The notes under the pieces are model-generated. The model saw only the letters and a program-made list of their open reading frames with translations, had not been told where the DNA came from and did not search any database. DNA of 64,000 nucleotides, taken from the IMG/VR virus record IMGVR_UViG_3300012642_000011, positions 288,001 to 352,000 of that record; one strand, given 5' to 3'. This document shows positions 57,793 through 64,000 of this stretch, in pieces; position 1 is the first letter of the stretch; each line of letters opens with the position of its first letter. The stretch comes from a virus. A program made the position numbers and the translations under genes.

Positions 57793-59873
57793 TTTGTTTG
57801 AATTGATTCAGTAATTACAATATCCTTATTTTCGTTTACAGAGATGACAATTCCGTGCGAAGAATTATTATCTCTTGTCTCAAGGTATTCAGCAAGAGCA
57901 TGGGAGATGACTTTAGATGTCTCTCGCTTGATTTCTCTTGCGCCATACTTATTGATCTGAGATTTCTCAATGATGATGTCAAGAATGCTGTGATCAAAGT
58001 CCTCAATGTGAACATCAGAATTCCTTTTCATTCTTTCTGACAGAGTATTGATTTCCTTCTGAGCAATAAGGTAACCCGTTTTTTCATCAAGATTATTGAA
58101 GATGATCATTCCGTCAAGTCTGTTGAGGAACTCAGGTTTGAAGTTTTTCTCCATCTCTTTTCTGAAAGCATCCTTGGATTCTTTTTCAGCATTGTCCATG
58201 AAGTTTGACGGCTGGAACCCGGAGATCTTCTTAGCATTCGCAGAAGACTCAACTCCTGTATTGGTTGTGAGGACAATAATAGACTTGGAAAAGTCAACAA
58301 CGTCACCAGAGGATGATGTTGCCTTTCCCTCATCAAGAACGCTCATGAACGCCATCCAAATGTCCTCGTGCGCCTTTTCTACCTCATCAAGAAGGATCAC
58401 TGTACGCGGATTGTCCTTGACAAACTTTGTCAAAATGCCGCCACCGTTCTCATCGAAGCCAGCATAGCCAGGAGGAGCACCGAAGAGTGATGATACCTTG
58501 TGCTTTTCAGTGTATTCAGACATGTTGATGAAAAGGAAACTCATCTTCTCGTCAGCAATGTTCTCAGCAATCTGCTTTGCCGCTTCTGTCTTTCCTGTTC
58601 CTGTAGGTCCAGCGAAGAGGAATGATCTCAAAGGCTTCTGGTCATCAGTGAGGCCATTGGTAGCAATCTTAAGGCTATCGACAATCTGTTTGAGTGCTTC
58701 ATCCTGACCTATAATCTTGTCTGAAAGAATTTTGTACAAGTCAGATGACTTCTTGTAAGAGATGGGGTTCAACTTAACAATGTCACTGACAATCTTTCCA
58801 TCAGCAAAGTGATCTGCTACTTTGACAAGTGAAGGCTTTCCTTCATCGTCGTAAAGATCTTCATTCTGTGCAAGAACATAGTTACCCGCAATTTTCTGTG
58901 TAATGATGATCCAGATGGAAGGCGAGAGCACTGAGAAACCATCATGATATGCAGCACTCTTTCCGACCTTTTCCTCTACAGCATTGATAGCAATCCTGAT
59001 GTCTTCCTTAGTGAAGTCAATCTTGAACTTTTCATTGATGTACTTATTGGTATTGTGGTACAAATAGTCCTCAATGAAGTTCTTCTCAAGCGGGATATCT
59101 GCATCGCTTACTTCCCAATTGTCATCTTCGCTAACGCCCTCATTCAAGAACTCTACAAGGTGTTCTTTCTCACCATAGATGATGATCTTCGCATCGCTCT
59201 TGAGCAATGAGACAGCCTGTGCAACAGTTGGGGAATCTGTCACTACGCAGATAGAGGAATCCTCAATGGCATGGTCATCTGTTACTTTCTCAAAGATGAA
59301 GTTAAAAAGATCGCTCGCATCGATGTCTACACTGTCTTCATCGACAGTGTTAATGTTGAAGTAATCCGAAGGGAACTCATCTTCATCATTCTCTTTGACA
59401 TCATTCTTTTTGAATCGAGAAATAAGTCCCTTAATATGCTTTGCAGCCTTGGAGTATGATTCTTCCTCGTGTGTGAGATTTTCCTCTCTCACATCATCGT
59501 CATCATTGGAATCCTCATCTGTGGATTCATCATTGTTTACAGAGGAAGCAAAGGCGCGAGAGAAAATCTGCAAGTTCTCATCGTCAATATGAACAAATCT
59601 CATATCTGAATCTTCATCGATCCTCGTGGAATAGCGAGAGAAGTCAGAAACGAACTGATGGGTAAGGAAACGGGAAGATAGTTTATCATCTGCAAGTACA
59701 CAGATTCTGCCGGATTCATAGAATCCGACAGCCATCTCGTCTATTTCTTCTTTATAATTTTTAGGAAGTTGCGAGATCTCCATAGGTGAAAATCCATTAT
59801 CTTTCATCGTGACATCCAGTGTTACTACGGAAGTGTTTTCTGTTGTTTCATTGGCGAAGTTTGTCACTCGCAA
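57789..59873 (-). CDS. AAA+ ATPase with a single ClpA/ClpB D2-type (AAA-2) module and an acidic N-terminal domain of about 390 aa
   Basis: IIGQDEALKQ...FLFAGPTGTGKTE (Walker A) ...VILLDEVEKAH (Walker B) ...FKPEFLNRLDGMIIF (sensor-2 region). This is near-canonical Clp D2. Confidence 0.75.
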   Translation of the reverse strand: MRVTNFANETTENTSVVTLDVTMKDNGFSPMEISQLPKNYKEEIDEMAVGFYESGRICVLADDKLSSRFLTHQFVSDFSRYSTRIDEDSDMRFVHIDDENLQIFSRAFASSVNNDESTDEDSNDDDDVREENLTHEEESYSKAAKHIKGLISRFKKNDVKENDEDEFPSDYFNINTVDEDSVDIDASDLFNFIFEKVTDDHAIEDSSICVVTDSPTVAQAVSLLKSDAKIIIYGEKEHLVEFLNEGVSEDDNWEVSDADIPLEKNFIEDYLYHNTNKYINEKFKIDFTKEDIRIAINAVEEKVGKSAAYHDGFSVLSPSIWIIITQKIAGNYVLAQNEDLYDDEGKPSLVKVADHFADGKIVSDIVKLNPISYKKSSDLYKILSDKIIGQDEALKQIVDSLKIATNGLTDDQKPLRSFLFAGPTGTGKTEAAKQIAENIADEKMSFLFINMSEYTEKHKVSSLFGAPPGYAGFDENGGGILTKFVKDNPRTVILLDEVEKAHEDIWMAFMSVLDEGKATSSSGDVVDFSKSIIVLTTNTGVESSANAKKISGFQPSNFMDNAEKESKDAFRKEMEKNFKPEFLNRLDGMIIFNNLDEKTGYLIAQKEINTLSERMKRNSDVHIEDFDHSILDIIIEKSQINKYGAREIKRETSKVISHALAEYLETRDNNSSHGIVISVNENKDIVITESIQTK

Positions 59874-59930
59874 CCTCTTTCTTCTGTCTTATGTGCTTAT
59901 GTTCAGCATTGTATCAAAAACAGTAGAAGA

Positions 59931-60872
59931 TCACTCACTCTCCCTGTACTTTCTCTCTTCAAGGAGAGTAGCAAGCCTGTTGACGTACTCCTGAAGGCTA
60001 GTGATCTGATCGTACATCTGGTCAAGTGAAGAGCCAGGAACAGCGTCAACAATCACTTCAGGATCAGGGAAGGTCTCGGAGGAGATAGCCATGTTGGAGA
60101 GGTTGCTCAGCACATACATTACTTCTGGTGAAACTCCACCTTCGCCCTTGATTTGAACATCAATGAACTCACCATCTGCAGATGAAGTGATGTTGTCAGG
60201 AGCGTCTGGTGTGAACCCTTCACTGTCCTTATTGGTTTCCTTTCCATCATGCTCTTCAAGGAAAGCATCTGCAGCCATTTCAAGGCCCTTACTGATGCCG
60301 TCAGCCTCCGCTTCAGCCAATGACTTCTCCTTGGCCTCAATAGCCTTCTTGTCTTCTTTCTGCTGCTCTTTCTTTTTCTTCATCATCTCTTCAAGGAAGT
60401 CTTCTGCCTCTTCTGCAGTCTTACCTTCTGTGGCTTCTCTCACCTCATCAGTGATGCGAGGAAGTTCCTTCTTGATAGCGATAGCCTGAGCTTGTGTCAA
60501 CTTTACCTTTGTTCCTTCAGGTGTTGCTTGCTCAAGTTCACGGATGACTCTTGACATGTCAAGAAGTCTATAACTGGTTTGTGGAGAGATTTCGAACTCT
60601 GTCTGCACATACTCTTTCCACGTATTGTAGCCAAGAATTCTGTATGCCTTGCCATCGTGTGCTCTAGCAAGAAGAATATAAAGAGCATCTGAAGTTGATC
60701 TGATTGCTGTAGTGAGGTCTTCTGCTTCCTCACGACTCATGGTTGCAGAACTTTCAATGATGTCATTGACATCTGAGATCATTGAATCATCTACTTCAAT
60801 TACTTCACCGGAAAAGTCCTCTTCTTGATCTTCAAGTTCAAGGTCTTCAATACTGTCGAGAATGTCATCCAT
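59931..60872 (-). CDS. acidic hypothetical protein (313 aa)
   Basis: The ORF is E and D-rich, with a KKKEQQKEDKK coiled segment. Confidence 0.5.
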   Translation of the reverse strand: MDDILDSIEDLELEDQEEDFSGEVIEVDDSMISDVNDIIESSATMSREEAEDLTTAIRSTSDALYILLARAHDGKAYRILGYNTWKEYVQTEFEISPQTSYRLLDMSRVIRELEQATPEGTKVKLTQAQAIAIKKELPRITDEVREATEGKTAEEAEDFLEEMMKKKKEQQKEDKKAIEAKEKSLAEAEADGISKGLEMAADAFLEEHDGKETNKDSEGFTPDAPDNITSSADGEFIDVQIKGEGGVSPEVMYVLSNLSNMAISSETFPDPEVIVDAVPGSSLDQMYDQITSLQEYVNRLATLLEERKYRESE

Positions 60873-60905
60873 GGGTTTTCTCCTTTGTCATAAAACTTTC
60901 CCCTA

Positions 60906-61571
60906 TCATAGCAAAACTGTTTTTAATACTATGATCAATGCAGGCCAGATAAAAATGGGCACCATGGGGAATGAAATTTTAGTAGTCAATATCTTTACCT
61001 CTTTATTCCTGATTTTAAAAATCAATGTATAACCAATGAGGAAAAAGAGGAATAAGTAGAGGTAGTAATTCAAACCTTGCACACCTGCAATGGGAACAAT
61101 GGAAGCACAGACAAGGATCATTGCTCTGGTATCAGACATTCCAATACCTTTGAAGAGGATTCCCAGTCCTACAATAATAAGAACAAGCAGGTAGAACATG
61201 AATGAGGACATCATATCGTTTGCCGCGTAATCCCATAAGGCGCAAGCAATCACAGAAACATAACCCATGATAAGTGTCCATCTGTATGCTCTTCTCACCT
61301 TGAAGTCAGTGACTGTTTGTACTGATGTGTACACAAGAGAAGAGGTTACAGCAGCAAGCAAAGCACTCAATGATGTAGAATTATTAATGTGATCTGCTAT
61401 AAAAAAGGACAAGCCAAAATTTGCAAGTAATGTGACACTAAGTGCAACAAGGTTGAGTTTCTTCCAATCAAATGGGTGCATTTTTTCACTCTTCATCCAT
61501 TTTTCTTGAGTCTTAAAACTGATGAAGAAAAGGAGAAGAGAAAAAATAACTGATAAACTAAGAAACAACAT
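60906..61571 (-). CDS. polytopic membrane protein, possibly an A24-family (prepilin or preflagellin-type) aspartic peptidase
   Basis: About 6 TM helices. Two candidate catalytic Asp blocks, TDFKVRRAY and GIGMSDTRAM, resemble the D..R and GxGD.K motifs. The match is weak. Confidence 0.35.
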   Translation of the reverse strand: MLFLSLSVIFSLLLFFISFKTQEKWMKSEKMHPFDWKKLNLVALSVTLLANFGLSFFIADHINNSTSLSALLAAVTSSLVYTSVQTVTDFKVRRAYRWTLIMGYVSVIACALWDYAANDMMSSFMFYLLVLIIVGLGILFKGIGMSDTRAMILVCASIVPIAGVQGLNYYLYLFLFFLIGYTLIFKIRNKEVKILTTKISFPMVPIFIWPALIIVLKTVLL

Positions 61572-61674
61572 GTGTCCGCCTTTAAATAACTATGGTATCG
61601 AATAAAAATATCAGATGTTTACAGCAAAATAGCACTGAGAAGAAAATCTCAGTGCTATTTTGATCAATGATCAA

Positions 61675-62838
61675 TCAGAGCGCGACAATACACACAGTGA
61701 AGATCTCTTCAATGTCATTTCCATCATTGTCTACACAGACAACCTGCATGACCTTTGATTGCTCCACCCACTTGATTTTCATGTTGGCGGTAGTGACAGG
61801 CAACATAGCCTTTCTCACAGCATCTCTGAGAACAGTGATCTCAATGTCTTCTTCAATCTCTGAATCAATGAGGTCAATATTAATGCTGTTATTGTCATCA
61901 ATGTCACTCATGCTCATCTTAGAATTCTTGATGACAACCTTTAGATTCTTGGTGTTAGAATCCAAAGAAAGGTTGGAAATAGCGTTCAATGCTTTCTCAA
62001 AATCCTTCTTGCTGAATGTAGCAGACTGATTCGTTTTTTCAGCAGCCGCCTTCATCTGTTCGGAAGGCTTCATCATAACTTCATCAGAGTTGGTTGAGAA
62101 AAGGACGATTCTACCGTCACCGAAGGAATAACCGAATCCCATATTGGTAGATGTAATCAATGCAACAGGAGACCCTACTGTCTTAGTGGAGTTGGCGATA
62201 GTAGCCTTGGAAGCAGGAAGAGCATATGTCAACTGCTGTTTTTTCTTTCCACCTGCTGTCTTTGCTGGCACGAAGGGAACTCTGACTTCACTGAATGCGA
62301 ACTTGTCTGTCGCAATAGCAATAACCTGTTCAGATCCTGTTTTCTCCATATCGAAAACAAACCCAACAGAGTTGACAAGTGTCAGCGTACTGGATGGATC
62401 GGAAATCTTGGACACTCTTGAAATGATTTCAAAGAACTCTGCTTCATCAACTTCACCAATAGTGATAATCTCTGGCTCTGATGGTGAGACTTGATCCAGA
62501 AGAGGAATATGGAACTTGTTTCCCCCTTGCGTTTTCACAAGAAGTTGGCTCTTCTGCTCTTCGATCTGCATTTCACCAGGAAAATCCTTGATGACTTTGG
62601 CAAGGTTCTTCACAAACTTGGCGTCCATGAGAATTTTTGTTTCCTCAAAATCACCATTGAAGTTGCTGATGTCAAGATTATCCTTTGCATATTGTGTACC
62701 ATCAAAGAAGTACACATGCGCTGAATCCTCTGAATCCAATGCCAAAATGACGGGATGTGTTTCCTTTAACGCTGCTCCCTGTGTAACCCAAGAAATTGCA
62801 TTGGAAAAATCTTCGGAATTTATTTTAAACTTCATCAA
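61675..62838 (-). CDS. dnaN: DnaN-like DNA polymerase III beta sliding clamp
   Basis: The N-terminus MKFKINSEDFSNAISWVTQGAALKETHPVILALDSED is diagnostic of beta clamps, and the length of 387 aa fits. Confidence 0.65.
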   Translation of the reverse strand: MMKFKINSEDFSNAISWVTQGAALKETHPVILALDSEDSAHVYFFDGTQYAKDNLDISNFNGDFEETKILMDAKFVKNLAKVIKDFPGEMQIEEQKSQLLVKTQGGNKFHIPLLDQVSPSEPEIITIGEVDEAEFFEIISRVSKISDPSSTLTLVNSVGFVFDMEKTGSEQVIAIATDKFAFSEVRVPFVPAKTAGGKKKQQLTYALPASKATIANSTKTVGSPVALITSTNMGFGYSFGDGRIVLFSTNSDEVMMKPSEQMKAAAEKTNQSATFSKKDFEKALNAISNLSLDSNTKNLKVVIKNSKMSMSDIDDNNSINIDLIDSEIEEDIEITVLRDAVRKAMLPVTTANMKIKWVEQSKVMQVVCVDNDGNDIEEIFTVCIVAL

Positions 62839-62931
62839 TGATACACTCCCTTTAAAATGGTCTAAACTTTACTTTATTATAGCGAAAGAGCAAGCCAATG
62901 AATGACTTGCTCTTTCGTTTTTTCAAAATTG

Positions 62932-64000
62932 TCAATTGACCATCTTGAGAACAATCTCCTTCTGCGTTCCCACAGCAAGTTTCTCCCCAGCAGGAATTGA
63001 CTGTTCACCGATCACACCGGATGGGAGACCATTCTGAGAAGCAATCTTCTCCTTGCTTACATTGGACTTGACGCCAGTTGACCTCAACGTATCCAATGCC
63101 TGCTCAGGAGACATACCCACTACGGAAGGAACTGTAAAGAAATCCTTTCGCTCAACAGGGACATTGACACGATCAGTGCTGGTGTTGTTGAAGTCAAGAG
63201 GAACAGGTGTAGTTCCCTTGAGTACATCCTTCATCACAGATGATCCAGCAATCACAGCAGTGCTTGTACCTGCACGGCCACCACGGAACCAGAAGTTTCC
63301 ATTCACACCACGAGTCATCTTATCCATGTCAGTGATGTTGATGAAGAGAGAATAATTCTTGGAAACCTGACCCCATGTGTAGTTGTAGTTCTGGTTAGTA
63401 CCAGACTTTCCTACAGCATCATAACCGGGAACGTTACCCATCAAACCGAAGGCATTGTCAACATGACCAGGTACAGTGTTTGCTCGCATAGCACGAAGAA
63501 CAGTGGACGCTGTTCTAGGACTCATAGCCGCACGGCAACTAGTGTCTTCAGGGTTATAACTCTCAGGAACAACGGGTGAAGTTCCATCAGAGTATTCATA
63601 ACTCTTCACTGATGTAGGAGGACAGTACACACCTTCATTAGCGAAGGCGGCATAGGCAGCAGCCATATCAATAGTAGAGTTTCCTGTAGCACCAAGGACA
63701 TAGGACATTGACCTGTTAGTGACGTTCTCAGGAGTATGCAGACCGAGTGAATCTGTCATTTTAAAGACAGGCTCAAGACCAACAAACTCTCCATTGGGAT
63801 AAGCAATCTTCTCAGCAAGGGCAGTGAACCATGTGTTTGATGAGTAAGCAGTAGCCTGCTCAAAGTTCAAATTCTGTGACTGAAGTTTGCTACAACCAAG
63901 GCTGTTACTGAATCCGCCACTAGGCTCATCGAAGTCACTGAAATAAAGAGGACATGGTGTGGAGAATTCCAACTGCTGTGGAGACATGCCATTTTCAAGA
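62932..64000 (-). CDS. class A penicillin-binding protein, C-terminal transpeptidase domain plus PASTA domain (N-terminus lies beyond the window)
   Basis: LGATGNSTIDMAAAYAAFANEGVY is a class A PBP block. The KTG motif appears as KSGT. The C-terminal FTVPSVVGMSPEQALDTLRSTGVKSNV is PASTA. The ORF is open at the window edge. Confidence 0.65.
   Translation of the reverse strand, partial: LENGMSPQQLEFSTPCPLYFSDFDEPSGGFSNSLGCSKLQSQNLNFEQATAYSSNTWFTALAEKIAYPNGEFVGLEPVFKMTDSLGLHTPENVTNRSMSYVLGATGNSTIDMAAAYAAFANEGVYCPPTSVKSYEYSDGTSPVVPESYNPEDTSCRAAMSPRTASTVLRAMRANTVPGHVDNAFGLMGNVPGYDAVGKSGTNQNYNYTWGQVSKNYSLFINITDMDKMTRGVNGNFWFRGGRAGTSTAVIAGSSVMKDVLKGTTPVPLDFNNTSTDRVNVPVERKDFFTVPSVVGMSPEQALDTLRSTGVKSNVSKEKIASQNGLPSGVIGEQSIPAGEKLAVGTQKEIVLKMVN

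Noticed and set aside
57789-59873. Considered calling the AAA+ protein ClpB or ClpX
   Set aside because: Only a single D2-type module is present. It has no D1 ring, no ClpX zinc-binding N-domain, and no IGF or LGF ClpP-docking loop that I could recognise. It is therefore left as a Clp-D2-like AAA+ ATPase.

Overview
The window has two halves that differ sharply in composition. Coordinates I derived by hand (tRNAs, motifs, hairpins, intein boundaries, adjusted CDS starts) may be off by about 3 nt. CDS ends otherwise follow the supplied ORF track, which treats GTG and TTG starts as M.

PART A, about 1-38.3 kb. GC is roughly 52-56%. About 65 small genes are packed on both strands, with clear Shine-Dalgarno sites, many GC-rich hairpin terminators and sigma70-like promoters of the TTGACA-N17-TAnnnT form. 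Two Lsr2-like DNA-binding proteins, a DUF1524 nuclease lipoprotein and the codon usage suggest a non-structural module of a large phage or island from a high-GC Gram-positive host, most likely an actinobacteriophage. No capsid, portal, terminase, tail or integrase genes were recognised. Recognisable products are an ATP-dependent RNA ligase, a calcineurin-like metallophosphoesterase, two HAD-family phosphatases, a SLOG or DUF2493-like protein and an HNH endonuclease. The most striking feature is two families of 11-13 nt motifs, GGGGACACAGAAT-like and GGGACGCTCCAT-like. Together they occur more than 60 times, essentially always intergenic and always in the same orientation on the + strand, whichever way the flanking genes point. 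A non-coding cluster of 5 perfect and several near-perfect DnaA boxes lies at about 18.78-19.0 kb.

JUNCTION, 38.4-41.3 kb. A cluster of three tRNAs on the minus strand (Leu-UAA, Glu-UUC, Asn-GUU) is separated by structured non-coding spacers. Directly 5' of tRNA-Asn sits an IS200/IS605-family insertion sequence with divergent tnpB (RuvC-like, RNA-guided nuclease family) and tnpA (HuH Y1 transposase).

PART B, 41.3-64 kb. GC is about 35-39% and AGA/AAA-rich codons dominate. It carries an R-S-E ADP-ribosyltransferase, a class Ib ribonucleotide reductase locus in the order nrdF, freestanding homing endonuclease, nrdE, with two LAGLIDADG inteins inside nrdE, then membrane and secreted proteins. 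A long minus-strand operon encodes a partial class A penicillin-binding protein with a PASTA domain, a DnaN-like sliding clamp, an A24-peptidase-like membrane protein, two very acidic proteins, a ClpA/B-D2-like AAA+ ATPase and a RecG-like helicase.

No CRISPR array and no rRNA are present.
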